Positions 40,856 to 52,725 of a stretch of DNA of 64,000 nucleotides are shown piece after piece; position 1 is the stretch's first letter, and every line of letters begins with the position of its first letter. The DNA comes from Candidatus Latescibacterota bacterium (lineage in GTDB: Bacteria > Krumholzibacteriota > Krumholzibacteriia > WVZY01 > JAKEHA01). The notes below the pieces were generated by a model. That model was not told the origin of the DNA and made no database searches. It saw only the letters and a program-made list of their open reading frames with translations. Position numbers and translations under genes: made by a program. The stretch is taken from NCBI GenBank assembly GCA_963707635.1, contig OY970173.1, forward strand, positions 160,001 through 224,000, given 5' to 3'.

Positions 40856-41323
40856 TCAATTCCTGCCTTGCGCGGCCTGGTTCTCCCGGCGGCGCGAGTC
40901 CTGCGGCCACGCCAACCCAACCACGTGCTTCACGAAATCGGCCTCGGTCAGAATCCCGACCAGTCGGCCTCCCTCGACAACCGGCAAGCATCCGAGCTTG
41001 TTATCGAGCATGACCTGGCCGGCATCGGCGACGTCCATGTCGGGCTCGGCGGTTTCCGGATCCGCGATCATGATCGACCGCACATCCCGCCTCTTCAGCA
41101 GCTGTCTCATTTCCGCGAGCGGAAGATCCGCTGCCGCGTGAAGTACCTGTCGCACCAAGTCGCGGTGCGACACCAGGCCGACCACCATCTTCTCCTCGTC
41201 GACCACGGGCACGTGGCGAACATGAATGTCGTCCATCAAGTCCGCCAGGCGCGCCAGGTCTTCGCCGGGATGGATGCTATACACCCTCTCTGTCATCAGA
41301 TCGCTCACCAGCAACGTCGACAT
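40856..41323 (-). CDS. CBS-domain protein
   Basis: VRHVPVVD..GLVSHRD, GCLPVV..VGILTEAD. Confidence 0.88.
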   Translation of the reverse strand: MSTLLVSDLMTERVYSIHPGEDLARLADLMDDIHVRHVPVVDEEKMVVGLVSHRDLVRQVLHAAADLPLAEMRQLLKRRDVRSIMIADPETAEPDMDVADAGQVMLDNKLGCLPVVEGGRLVGILTEADFVKHVVGLAWPQDSRRRENQAAQGRN

Positions 41324-41349
41324 GACTCACCTCTATTGGGGCTGCGCGG

Positions 41350-41925
41350 TCACTCCTCCACGCCGGCATGGGAGCGACGGTGTTGTATCTCGACGGTTCG
41401 AGCCTGGGGTCCCTTTTCCCCCTCCTCCTCGGAAAAGGTCACCCGTGCGCCGATCTCGAGCCGATCGAACCCGTCCTCCAGGACGGCGTTTCTGTGAAAG
41501 TAGATCCGGCGTCCGTCCGCCGCTTCCAGAAAGCCGTAATCGGCTTCTGGATACAGGTTCGCCACCCGGCCAGCGGACGGAAGCTCGTGGTGTTTGACCG
41601 AGCCGCGCCGGCGGCGGTGTTGGTCCTCCAACCGCCGCCGGGCGGCGTCGAATGCGTCGCGGATGGCAATGAACACGTCCTCGTGGGCATGCTTCATCGC
41701 CGGATCCCGTCCGACGACGACCTCCGCGCCGGGTATCGTCATGTCGATTCGCACGTGAAACAGGCGCCCTTCGCGATGATAGCGATGCGGATTCTCGATG
41801 ATGACCCGGCAACTGGTGAGCTGGGGGACGAATCTTTCCAGCGCTTCGGCTCGCTCGCGGACGTATTTCGTCACGAGTTCGGCCTGCTCGACACCACGAT
41901 AGGTAACCTGCAACGGGATCTTCAT
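41350..41925 (-). CDS. HPF/RaiA ribosome-hibernation domain fused to cold-shock domain
   Basis: N-terminal HPF fold (AIRDAFDAARRRL); C-terminal YGFL..IYFH..GPQA. Confidence 0.85.
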   Translation of the reverse strand: MKIPLQVTYRGVEQAELVTKYVRERAEALERFVPQLTSCRVIIENPHRYHREGRLFHVRIDMTIPGAEVVVGRDPAMKHAHEDVFIAIRDAFDAARRRLEDQHRRRRGSVKHHELPSAGRVANLYPEADYGFLEAADGRRIYFHRNAVLEDGFDRLEIGARVTFSEEEGEKGPQARTVEIQHRRSHAGVEE

Positions 41926-41944
41926 GACGGTCCCTCCGGAAGTC

Positions 41945-42385
41945 CTAGTTGATTGGAATCTCCTTGACCTGAGTTGGTTTGACCTTCGACTTCGTGATCA
42001 CCAGGTTGAGCATTCCATCGCGGAAGCTCGCCTGGATCTTCGACTCGTCGACTTCCTCCGGCATGGTGAAGCGACGGAGGAACTTCCCGTAGCTCAGTTC
42101 GCGCCGGTGGAACCTGACTCCCCGCTCTTCCTTCTCTTCTTTGCGTTCACCCTGGACGACGAGGACACCGTTCTCCATGTTCACCTTGACGTCCTCTTTC
42201 TTGATGTCCGGGAGTTCCATCCGGACCCGATACTCCTTCTCGTCCTCGCTGACGTTGCACGACGGCACCCAATCGGCGAGGTCACCATCCCACTTCGTGA
42301 GTCCGAACAGCCGGTTCACCCGAGTCTTGAGCTCGTCGATCTCCTGGAACGGATCCCATGTTTCCGACCTGCGTGTGAGTTGCAT
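41945..42385 (-). CDS. Hsp20/alpha-crystallin small heat-shock protein
   Basis: AAAGGAG SD; ELPD..KEDV, E.SYGKFLRRF, A.FRDGML, IPI tail. Confidence 0.92.
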   Translation of the reverse strand: MQLTRRSETWDPFQEIDELKTRVNRLFGLTKWDGDLADWVPSCNVSEDEKEYRVRMELPDIKKEDVKVNMENGVLVVQGERKEEKEERGVRFHRRELSYGKFLRRFTMPEEVDESKIQASFRDGMLNLVITKSKVKPTQVKEIPIN

Positions 42386-42645
42386 TGCAATCACTCCTTT
42401 CGTTTTCTGATGGGGCCCCGGGATCATGGCCGGGGCCTCGCTACTGATAATCTAATCAATAAACAGACAAAATGCTCTTTTAATTATGCCGACCGAGTGA
42501 TCCTCTCAACTTATTATGTTGCATTGCGATAACGATGATTTGTCGCTTAGAGCCGAAAAATGATGCACGTGCATCATGGCGGGCCCGGGCGGGAACGAGT
42601 ACCTATAAGAATGCAGGGTTATCTCGTTTCATAAGGAGGCACATC

Positions 42646-42957
42646 ATGTACGGACGCAAGGTGTCATTTGAGTTGAAGCCCAATTGCTTCAACGACTTCA
42701 ATCGTCGCCAGGAGACGGACGTGGTTCCGATTCTGCGCAAGCAGAAGGGCTTCCAGGAAGCCATTACGATGGTAACGCCCGACAAGAAGCGCATTGAGGC
42801 AATCAGCCTCTGGGATCGCGTCGAGGATGCCGAGGCGTATGATCGTTCCAGCTACAAGGAAGTCGTCAAGCTGTTGGCGAGTGTCGTGGAGGGAACGCCG
42901 AAGGTCGAGACTATGGAAGTCGCGACGACGACGTTCCACAAGGCAGTAACCCGGTAA
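42646..42957 (+). CDS. antibiotic-biosynthesis-monooxygenase-like dimeric barrel protein
   Basis: AAGGAGG SD; KQKGF...SLWD..EDAEAY pattern. Confidence 0.7.
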   Translation: MYGRKVSFELKPNCFNDFNRRQETDVVPILRKQKGFQEAITMVTPDKKRIEAISLWDRVEDAEAYDRSSYKEVVKLLASVVEGTPKVETMEVATTTFHKAVTR

Positions 42958-42981
42958 CCGCCGGGTCGTCTGTTTGCAAGA

Positions 42982-43015
42982 ACGGGGCGGGGCAACAGCC
43001 CGCCCCGTATTTTTT
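42982..43015 (+). terminator. Rho-independent terminator
   Basis: ACGGGGCGGG..CCCGCCCCGT stem followed by T6. Confidence 0.85.
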
Positions 43016-43035
43016 GGCTCGGCGGTCGCGTGGTT

Positions 43036-44067
43036 TCAGAATCCTGAATGAAGCGCGCGGATCGCGGCGAAGGAAAGCGCACCCACTATTGCCGCCGCCG
43101 GAATGGTGAGAACCCACGCCCAGACGATCCGGCCCGCCACACCCCACCGGATCCCCGAGAGCTTCGTGGTCGCGCCCACGCCGATGATCGACCCCGTGAT
43201 CGTGTGGGTGGTCGAGACCGGAATGCCGCTGTGGGTCGCCAGGAAAAGGGTGAAAGCCCCGGCCGTTTCGGCGCAGAAACCGCCCACGGGTTTGAGCTTG
43301 GTAATCTTCATCCCCATCGTTCGCACGATGCGCCAGCCGCCCAGCGCCGTGCCGGCACCCATGGCGGCGTGGCAACTTAGAATGATCCACAGCGTCCTGG
43401 AATCCACCAGCGAGAGCTGCACATCCGGAGCGAGGCGCCCCGAAGCAACGAGCAGCGCGACGATGATCCCCATGGTCTTTTGTGCGTCGTTGCCGCCGTG
43501 GCCGAGCGAGTAGAACGCGGCCGACACCAGCTGACACCGTCGAAACAACCGGTCCACGGCGGTCGGGCGCCATTTGCGGAAGATCCAGTACACCGTCACC
43601 ATAAGCACGAAGGCGATTACCAGTCCCATGACCGGTGCGAGCGGAATGAACTTCACCGTCCTCAGGATCTTGTCCCAACGCAGAATGTCCCACCCCGCGT
43701 GCGCGACGCCGGCTCCCGCAAAACCGCCGATGAGCGCATGCGATGAGCTGGTCGGGAGTCCCCACCACCACGTCATCAAGTCCCACGCAATCGCACCGAT
43801 CAGACCAGCCAGAACCACATAGATGTAGACGGGGTCGCCGGGAACCACTTTGACGATCTTCGACACCGTATCGGCGACGGCGGGGGCGAAGACGAACATC
43901 GCCACGAAATTGAAAAACGCGGCCCACAGCACGGCCGTACGCGGCGAAAGCACCCGTGTCGACACGATGGTGGCAATGGAGTTCGCCGAGTCGTGGAAGC
44001 CGTTGATGACGTCAAAGGCCAGGGCAACCGCGACGACGAAGATGACGAGCGCGAGATCGCCGCTCAT
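43036..44067 (-). CDS. pit: PiT-family inorganic phosphate transporter
   Basis: GFHDSAN, PTSSSH, HGGNDAQK, PVSTTH signatures. Confidence 0.93.
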   Translation of the reverse strand: MSGDLALVIFVVAVALAFDVINGFHDSANSIATIVSTRVLSPRTAVLWAAFFNFVAMFVFAPAVADTVSKIVKVVPGDPVYIYVVLAGLIGAIAWDLMTWWWGLPTSSSHALIGGFAGAGVAHAGWDILRWDKILRTVKFIPLAPVMGLVIAFVLMVTVYWIFRKWRPTAVDRLFRRCQLVSAAFYSLGHGGNDAQKTMGIIVALLVASGRLAPDVQLSLVDSRTLWIILSCHAAMGAGTALGGWRIVRTMGMKITKLKPVGGFCAETAGAFTLFLATHSGIPVSTTHTITGSIIGVGATTKLSGIRWGVAGRIVWAWVLTIPAAAIVGALSFAAIRALHSGF

Positions 44068-44070
44068 CGA

Positions 44071-44697
44071 TCAGGCATGCTCCAGGACGATGCCCTCGAT
44101 AACATTCGCGACGTCCTCGCAGGCGTCCGTCACGTTTTCCAGCGCCTGGTAGATCTCGTGCCACTTCAGGACGACGATGGGGTCGCGCTCGTCCCGGAAC
44201 AGGCGCGCCACCGAGGCCGCCTTGATCCGGTCGGCCTGGTTTTCCAGTTCATTGATGCGGACGCACTCTCCCAGGATCGTGGTCGCGTTTCTCATGTTGC
44301 GCAGCCCCTTGACCGCCCGTTCCACGGCTTCGGTGGCCTGCACCAGCACCACCGTGGCCTCCCGCGCGCTCTCCGGCAGCTCACGAATCTCGAAGAGGGT
44401 TAGCTGGCGCGCCGCGCCGTCGATGAGGTCGATGATGTCGTCCAGCTTGGACGCGATCCGGTGGATGTCGTTGCGGTCGATGGGCGTGATGAAAGTCTTG
44501 TGCAGCGTTTCCATGCAGGTATGGGTGATCTCGTCCGCGTCGTGCTCGAGTTCTTTGATGCGCCTGGCAACGTCCTCTACCTTGGCTCCCTGTTCCACCA
44601 GTTTGCCGAGTTCGCGGGCGCCTTCCACCGAAATCGCAGCGTGGCGCTCGAAGAAGTCGAAGAAGTTCGTCTGGCGGGGGAGGAGACGCGATAGCAT
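44071..44697 (-). CDS. DUF47 / PhoU-like phosphate transport regulator
   Basis: EHDAD, FITPIDRND, ENQAD, LE.VTDACED; adjacent to pit. Confidence 0.9.
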   Translation of the reverse strand: MLSRLLPRQTNFFDFFERHAAISVEGARELGKLVEQGAKVEDVARRIKELEHDADEITHTCMETLHKTFITPIDRNDIHRIASKLDDIIDLIDGAARQLTLFEIRELPESAREATVVLVQATEAVERAVKGLRNMRNATTILGECVRINELENQADRIKAASVARLFRDERDPIVVLKWHEIYQALENVTDACEDVANVIEGIVLEHA

Positions 44698-44831
44698 GAT
44701 TCTCTCCTGTTAGTGTAACGACGTCGTGGCCGCGCCGAGCAAATGGGTGCGCCGAGCGTACACCGCCCGACGCGACAGGGTCAAGGACCGCAGTCGTCGC
44801 GACCGATGCGAGCGATCCCTGTACGCTCCGT

Positions 44832-45011
44832 CTAGATGAACTTGAGCGCCATCTTGACGCGCTTCAGATAGAGTTCCACTTCGTCGATGCGCTCGCGGAG
44901 CGTGCCCGCTTCTTCGACGCCCCTCACACCCTTCATCAGGTACTCCAGCGTCTCCTGCGCGCCTCGCAACGCCTTCAGCGCTTCGTCGCGCTGGTCATCG
45001 CTCAATCCCAT
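44832..45011 (-). CDS. small helical hypothetical protein (59 aa)
   Basis: Read by hand: AAAGGAG SD, MGLSDDQRDEALKALRGAQETLEYLMKGVRGVEEAGTLRERIDEVELYLKRVKMALKFI*. Confidence 0.65.
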   Translation of the reverse strand: MGLSDDQRDEALKALRGAQETLEYLMKGVRGVEEAGTLRERIDEVELYLKRVKMALKFI

Positions 45012-45026
45012 GACGTCTCCTTTCGA

Positions 45027-46298
45027 TCAGCTTTCATGCGCGGCCCGTCGATCCAGAATCTCCCGGAATCGCCGGACCAGTTCCCTCGCGTTGCGCTCCA
45101 GATCGAACATGGCTTGCACGCGTTGGCGTCCCCTGCGGCCCATCTCCCGGCCCTTCGCCGGATCACGCACGAGCATCTCGATGGCATCCGCCAGAGCGCC
45201 GGCGTTTCGCGACGGCACGAGCAATCCGGTCTCCCCATCGACCACCAGTTCCGGAATCCCGGACAACCGCGTCGCGACCACCGGCACCTCCAGCGCGGAG
45301 CCTTCGACGAGGAGGTTGGGGATTCCGTCCATGAACCGATCGTGGGTCTCGATGCACGGCAGCACCACCATCGCCGCAGTTCGCATGCGCTCCACGAGCT
45401 GCTCGTGCGGCATCGATCCGACCAGCTGCACGACGTCTCCCAGGCCATGGCGAGCGATGGCGCGCTCCAAGAGCGAGCGCTGCGGCCCGTCTCCCACGAT
45501 CTCAACGCGAAACCCGACCCCGCGATCCCGCAATAGCGCCGCCGCATCGACCAGAACCGGGAGCCCTTTCTGTTCCACGAGGCTTCCCCCCGCCACAATG
45601 CGCTCCCCGTCCCGCGTTTCGGCCGGCACGTAGCGTTGCAGATCCAGCCCGTGGTAGTTCAACACGATCTTCGACCGGTCCCAGTCGGTGCGACAGAACG
45701 GCGTGAGAACCTTCGTGTTGAAGCTCGTGCAGGTGGCGACGAACTCCGCGCCCGAAATCTTCGCCGCCAGACCCGCCTGATTGACCGGCACGAAGATGTC
45801 CCACGCGTGCCCGGTGAAGCTGTAGGTGGTCCCGAGCACCTTCGCCGCAAACACCGCGAGCGTCGTCGGGATGTTCGCGAAGTGCGCGTGGACGTGAGCC
45901 ACGCCCTCGCGCTCCATCCGCCGCGTGAACAGGAACATCTTCCCCAGGCACAAGAGCGTCCTCGCGACCGTGCCGGGATACCGCGCATGGGCCAGCATGT
46001 CCCGGGACAGATAGGCCAGGCCCTTCGCAACTTTCCACGGCCGGCGTGCCGACAGCGACACGAACGCGGTCAAATGATCCAGACCGAACCACGGGGCGTA
46101 GTTCGTCTTCTCGAGGAAGGGGCGAGCGTCGGCGTGGAGCGGCCCCGAGGGGCGCGGGCGAATGGAGTACAGGGACACCGACATTCCGGCGCGCTCCATC
46201 TCCAGGACTTCGCGCAGGATGAACGTCTCCGTCAGCTTCGGGAACAGAGACGCCACGTAGGCGATGCGCCCGCGTGGGGATTCCGGGGTTGCGCTCAT
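45027..46298 (-). CDS. glycosyltransferase family 4 (WcaL-like)
   Basis: FPKLTETFILRE, HVHAHF, SFTGHA.DI, DGIPN.LVE; ATGA overlap with amidotransferase. Confidence 0.88.
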   Translation of the reverse strand: MSATPESPRGRIAYVASLFPKLTETFILREVLEMERAGMSVSLYSIRPRPSGPLHADARPFLEKTNYAPWFGLDHLTAFVSLSARRPWKVAKGLAYLSRDMLAHARYPGTVARTLLCLGKMFLFTRRMEREGVAHVHAHFANIPTTLAVFAAKVLGTTYSFTGHAWDIFVPVNQAGLAAKISGAEFVATCTSFNTKVLTPFCRTDWDRSKIVLNYHGLDLQRYVPAETRDGERIVAGGSLVEQKGLPVLVDAAALLRDRGVGFRVEIVGDGPQRSLLERAIARHGLGDVVQLVGSMPHEQLVERMRTAAMVVLPCIETHDRFMDGIPNLLVEGSALEVPVVATRLSGIPELVVDGETGLLVPSRNAGALADAIEMLVRDPAKGREMGRRGRQRVQAMFDLERNARELVRRFREILDRRAAHES

Positions 46299-48166
46299 GA
46301 TCGGGCCGCCTTCGAGCCGGCGCCGTTGCGCAGCCACACCTCCAGGCAGAGCAGCACCCAGACCGGCAGCACGAGCGCATCGTCCCCGCTCATACAGCCA
46401 TCCACCAGCCGGCGGACAGACCGCGGTTCGAGCCATTGGCTCGACAGCGCGGCGGGGTCGAGGAGGTGTTCCTGGAGGTAGGGCCGCAGGTTCCCGCGCA
46501 GCCAGGTTCCGATCGGCGGCATGAACCCGTGCTTGGGGCGGTGCACGATGTCCCTTGGTAGCACCCGCTCCGCCACGGTCTTCAGCAGGACTTTGCTCTG
46601 CCCGTGGTGATATTTCCACGCGGGGGCAAACCCCGACACCAGCTCGACAACGCGGTAGTCGAGAAACGGCACCCGCGCTTCCAGCGATGCGCGCATGGAC
46701 ATCTTGTCCACTTTCATCAGCAGGTCATCGGGGAGCCACTCGAGCGTGTCGGCGCGCAAAACGGCGTTGAGCCCGTTCTCACGGCGGGGAAAGTGCGCGT
46801 GCATGCGCTGCTCGAGGTGGTGTGCCGGCACGCTCGCCGCCACGTCGGCGCGCAGCAATCTCTGCCGCAGGCGGTGGGGAATGACAGAACGGGTGAAGAC
46901 GAAACGATCGGCCTGATTCATTCCCATCGCTTCCAGCGCCTTGTGCATGCGCCGTCCGGTCAACGGGCCTGCGATCGCTCCCGCCGCGCGCCGCAGCGGC
47001 CGCGGAATCCAGCCGATCCGGTCCATGACCCACTCGAGCTGGTAGTGGTCGTATCCCGCGAACAGTTCATCGGCACCCTCGCCGGTGAGCGCGACCGTCA
47101 CGTGCTCGCGGGCGAAGGCGGACAGAAGATAGGTGGGAACCGCGGCCACGTCGGCCAGCGGCTCATCCATTTGAGCAGTGGTGGACGGCAACAAAGTCCG
47201 CATATCCGGAGCCGTGACGACGCGCGTGTGATGATCCGTCCCGAATTGCGCGGCGACTTTCGCCGCGTAGGGAAGCTCCGAGTGCCAGCCTTCCGTTTCG
47301 AACCCGATCGAGAAGGTTTTCACCGGGCGGTCCATCGCCTTCGCCATCGCCGCCACGACCAGCCCCGAGTCCAACCCGCCCGAAAGGAACGCGCCGAGCG
47401 GCACGTCGCTCATGAGCCGGATCCGCACCGAATCCTCGAACAGCGCGACGAACTCTTCGCCCGCCTGTTCGAAGGACGCCGGGGCCTGACGCGGCTCCAG
47501 CGTCCAGAACGGCTTCAGCGCGATCTCGTCTCCGTGCGCCACCAGCACGTGTCCCGCGGGCAGCTTCTCGACGCCGCGATAGATCGTCCGCGGGCCGGGG
47601 ATGTACTGGAGGGCGAGATAGCTGTCGAGCGCGACCGGGTCGATGGCGATATCCACGCCCGGGCAATGCAACAGCGCCTTGATTTCCGACGCGAACGCGA
47701 GTCCGCGGGGCTTGAGCCGCGCGTAGTACAGCGGCTTGATCCCCAGCCGGTCGCGCACCAGCACCAGCGTCTGTCGCCGTCTATCCCACAGCGCGATGGC
47801 GAACATCCCGTTCATCTTCGAGGGAAAGGCCGGGCCCTCCTCTTCGTAGAGATGGACGATGCTCTCGCCGTCGCTGTGGGTCCGGTAGACGTGGCCTCTG
47901 GGTTCCAGCGCGGCGCGAATGGATTCGTGGTTGTAGATCTCGCCGTTGTAAATGGTCGAGATGCTCTGGTCCTCGTTGGCGAGCGGCTGGTGGCCGCCGG
48001 AGAGATCGACGATGGAGAGCCGGCGATGACCGAAATACGCCGGCGGATCGGCGAGGAAACCCTCGTCGTCCGGGCCGCGGTGGCGCATGGAGTCCGCCAT
48101 GCGCTTCGCCCATTCGGCGGCCTGCCGGGGGTCGAAGTCTCCGAAGAGCCCGCAGATCCCGCACAT
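46295..48166 (-). CDS. asnB: asparagine synthase (glutamine-hydrolysing)-family amidotransferase
   Basis: MCGICG, HRGPD, HRRLSIVD, NGEIYN, LSGGLDS, GEGADE, KVDKMSM..SLEARVPFLD. Confidence 0.92.
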   Translation of the reverse strand: MCGICGLFGDFDPRQAAEWAKRMADSMRHRGPDDEGFLADPPAYFGHRRLSIVDLSGGHQPLANEDQSISTIYNGEIYNHESIRAALEPRGHVYRTHSDGESIVHLYEEEGPAFPSKMNGMFAIALWDRRRQTLVLVRDRLGIKPLYYARLKPRGLAFASEIKALLHCPGVDIAIDPVALDSYLALQYIPGPRTIYRGVEKLPAGHVLVAHGDEIALKPFWTLEPRQAPASFEQAGEEFVALFEDSVRIRLMSDVPLGAFLSGGLDSGLVVAAMAKAMDRPVKTFSIGFETEGWHSELPYAAKVAAQFGTDHHTRVVTAPDMRTLLPSTTAQMDEPLADVAAVPTYLLSAFAREHVTVALTGEGADELFAGYDHYQLEWVMDRIGWIPRPLRRAAGAIAGPLTGRRMHKALEAMGMNQADRFVFTRSVIPHRLRQRLLRADVAASVPAHHLEQRMHAHFPRRENGLNAVLRADTLEWLPDDLLMKVDKMSMRASLEARVPFLDYRVVELVSGFAPAWKYHHGQSKVLLKTVAERVLPRDIVHRPKHGFMPPIGTWLRGNLRPYLQEHLLDPAALSSQWLEPRSVRRLVDGCMSGDDALVLPVWVLLCLEVWLRNGAGSKAARS

Positions 48167-48177
48167 GTTTCGTACCC

Positions 48178-49854
<1,677 letters not shown>

Positions 49855-50001
49855 GGGTACTCCTCGGGTAAAGGGTAGAGTCTAGAACAGGAGGCGTCGC
49901 CCAGCAACATTTGCTTGTCAGCGGCGGTGTCTCCGGGCGAAGATACCGGTTTCCGCTCGATCCGGCGTCGGTCTCACTCAATCTCAGGGCTCGGAGGCAA
50001 C

Positions 50002-50878
50002 ATGCAGCGGTGTGCGGTGGCGGCGTTTCTCAACCACAAGGGCGGTGTCGGCAAGACCACGTCGGTCGCGAACGTCGGCGCCGGGCTGGCCATACTCGGG
50101 AAACGCGTCCTGGTCGTGGATCTCGACCCGCAGGGGCACCTGACCAGTTTTCTCGGCGTCGGCCGAAACGAGATCGGCAGGACCATCTACGATGTTCTGC
50201 GCGGAGACGTCCACCCGCGCGACGCCATCATCACGAGGACGCTCAAGGCGCGTTTCCACATCGACGGCCGCGAGACCCAGTTGTCCATGGCGGTGATCCC
50301 CGCCACGCTGGACTTCGCCAACGCCGAAGAGAGCCTTGCGAACGTCAAGAACCGGGCGTTCCTGCTGCGAAATGCCGTCGCCAAGATCGCGGATAGCTAT
50401 GACCACGTCCTGCTTCGATTGTTCTCCCAGCCTCGGGCTGGTCTCGATCAACGCGCTCGTGGCCGCCCGCCGGGTGTTCATTCCGGTGCAGACGGAATAC
50501 CTGGCGCTGCACAGCCTGGAAGACCTGATGACGAGAATCGAGTCGGTCATGGATCAGCTGAACCCCGACCTCGAAATCGGGGGACTGATCGCCACCCGCT
50601 TCGACGCCCGGAAGGTGTTGAGCCGGACGGTGGTGGAGACGCTGCGCGAGCGCTTCGGCTCCCTGTTCCTGAACACGATGATCCGCGATAACATCGTGCT
50701 GGCCGAATCGCCGCAATTCGGCAAAGATATCTTCAGCTACCGGCCGCGCAGTTTTGGCGCCGAGGACTATCTGAACCTGTCCATGGAAATGATGAACCGG
50801 ATTACCCGGGCGAGCCTGTTTCCGTCGGTGGAACCCGGCCCGACCCCCAGCACCGAGAGCAGCCCGATCGCCGTGTGA
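50002..50878 (+). pseudogene. ParA/Soj-family ATPase, frameshifted at about 50414
   Basis: NHKGGVGKTT and DLDPQG in the first frame; DCSPSLG..NAL.AA..IPVQTEY in the second frame. Confidence 0.85.
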
Positions 50879-52212
50879 TGGCGCGCAAACGTCGAACGAT
50901 TCCCCTCCACACCCGAATCCTCATCGGTCTCACGCTGGGCGCCGGCATCGGCGGGCTCCTCAATGCGGTCGTGGGCCAAAGCTCCCCCTCGCTGGCCTGG
51001 GCCGCGACCAACCTGACCGAGCCGGTCGGCCAGCTTTTCCTCCGCCTGCTGCTGTTGCTGGTGGTGCCGCTCGTCTTCTCGTCCCTCGTCGTCGGCGTGG
51101 CGGGAATCGGCGACGTCCGCCGGCTCGGGCGCGTCGGGGCCAAGTCACTGGGCTACACGCTGGTGATGTCCACGATCTCGGTGCTCATCGGGCTCACCAT
51201 CGCGAACACGATCCGCCCGGGCGAGCGAATCCGCCCCGAGATCAGCCGGCAATTGCAGGAGCGGTACGCCTCTGACGCGGACAAACAGGTCGCCACCGCC
51301 ACCGCGACCGCCGCCAACGACGACGCTCGTCTACTCAAGGTCGTCAAGACCATCGTCCCCACCAACTTCTTCTCCGCGATCGCGAAGGAGCCACCCGACA
51401 TGCTGGGGCTGATGTTCTTCGCGCTGTTCTTCGGGGTCGGGTTGACGATGGTGGCCGAGGCGAAGGCGCGACCGGTCGTGCATGTCCTCGAGGGCGTCTA
51501 CGAAGCGGTCGCCCGCTGCATCGAGATGGTCATGCGGGTGGCGCCGTATGCGGTATTCTGCCTGCTCTTCACGATGACGTCGCGCTTCGGCTTCGGACTG
51601 CTCACGAGCCTGGGCTGGTACGTCGGCGCCGTGCTGCTAGGCCTCGCGATCCACATGTTCGGCGTGTATTCGCTGTCGGTCGCGGTGCTGTCGCGCATGA
51701 ACCCGATCGACTTCTTCCGGCGCATCAAGACGGTGATGATCACCGCGTTCTCGACCTCGTCCTCGAACGCGACGCTCCCGACCGCGCTCCGCGTCTCCGA
51801 GGAAAATCTCGGCGTCCCGCGCGACATCAACTCGTTCGTGCTGACGATCGGGGCCACCGCCAATCAGAACGGGACGGCGCTGTTCGAAGGCGTCACGGTC
51901 CTGTTTCTCGCGCAACTCGCCGGCGTGCACCTGTCGATCGGACAGCAGCTGATGGTGCTCTATCTCGCCATCCTGGGCGGGATCGGAACCGCGGGCGTTC
52001 CCTCCGGCTCGATTCCGTTCGTCATCCTGGTGCTGGCAACTGTGGGCGTGAACCCGGCGCTGATCGCGATCGTCCTCGGCGTGGATCGCATCCTCGACAT
52101 GTGCCGTACCACCCTGAACGTGACGGGGGACCTCACCATCGCGACCTACGTGGCGCGGTCGGAGGGAGTGGTGCTGAAGGAGCGCCACGTCGCGCCGGCG
52201 GTGGATCTCTAG
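50878..52212 (+). CDS. dicarboxylate/amino acid:cation symporter (DAACS)
   Basis: AFSTSSSNATLP, GATANQNGT, GTAGVP, GVDRILDMCRT..N.TGD. Confidence 0.92.
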   Translation: MARKRRTIPLHTRILIGLTLGAGIGGLLNAVVGQSSPSLAWAATNLTEPVGQLFLRLLLLLVVPLVFSSLVVGVAGIGDVRRLGRVGAKSLGYTLVMSTISVLIGLTIANTIRPGERIRPEISRQLQERYASDADKQVATATATAANDDARLLKVVKTIVPTNFFSAIAKEPPDMLGLMFFALFFGVGLTMVAEAKARPVVHVLEGVYEAVARCIEMVMRVAPYAVFCLLFTMTSRFGFGLLTSLGWYVGAVLLGLAIHMFGVYSLSVAVLSRMNPIDFFRRIKTVMITAFSTSSSNATLPTALRVSEENLGVPRDINSFVLTIGATANQNGTALFEGVTVLFLAQLAGVHLSIGQQLMVLYLAILGGIGTAGVPSGSIPFVILVLATVGVNPALIAIVLGVDRILDMCRTTLNVTGDLTIATYVARSEGVVLKERHVAPAVDL

Positions 52213-52326
52213 AAGTTGTGCGTCTGGCTCCCTGTCGCTCCACCAAGTCCCCCGCAATGGCTTGCGTCCTTCCCCGGCGAGCACAAATCTTGAGATAGAC
52301 CCACACCCACGAACCAGGAGGGCGCC

Positions 52327-52725
52327 ATGATGCGCGCGGCCCACTTTCATGCCACGAGGCGAGTACTCGCCTTGACCCTTCTCGTCTCTTTCGCGAGCCT
52401 CACCCCGGCGGCGCACGCGCAGACCACGGCTCCGCCCCCGGCACCGATGCGCATGATCGCGACGGTTCGCGCCGTCGACACCAAGACCCGAATGCTCGAG
52501 GTGATGACTGGAGTCGGCCACGCGGTGCGCGTCCTGCGCCTTCAGGTCGCCGAGGATTGCACGATCACGGTTCCGTGGGCGGCCAAACACCTTTCCAGCT
52601 TCATTCCCGGCACGCACGCCCGCATCGAGTACCTCGCCGCGCCGACCGAAGCCGGCGCCTCGCTCCAGGGCATTGTCGTGGCGATCGAAGCCATCGATGT
52701 CGAGCGCCTGGAGGGCGAAGAATGA
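52327..52725 (+). CDS. secreted hypothetical protein (OB-fold-like)
   Basis: AGGAGG SD, signal peptide AHA-Q; ATGA overlap with next gene. Confidence 0.65.
   Translation: MMRAAHFHATRRVLALTLLVSFASLTPAAHAQTTAPPPAPMRMIATVRAVDTKTRMLEVMTGVGHAVRVLRLQVAEDCTITVPWAAKHLSSFIPGTHARIEYLAAPTEAGASLQGIVVAIEAIDVERLEGEE

Noticed and set aside
42445..42459. FNR box upstream of hsp20
   Set aside because: Half-sites are separated by 6 nt rather than the 4 nt of TTGAT-N4-ATCAA
46295..48166. Lasso-peptide cyclase interpretation of the AsnB-like gene
   Set aside because: Intact N-terminal Cys glutaminase domain; no B protein, RRE or lasso precursor nearby; neighbour is a glycosyltransferase
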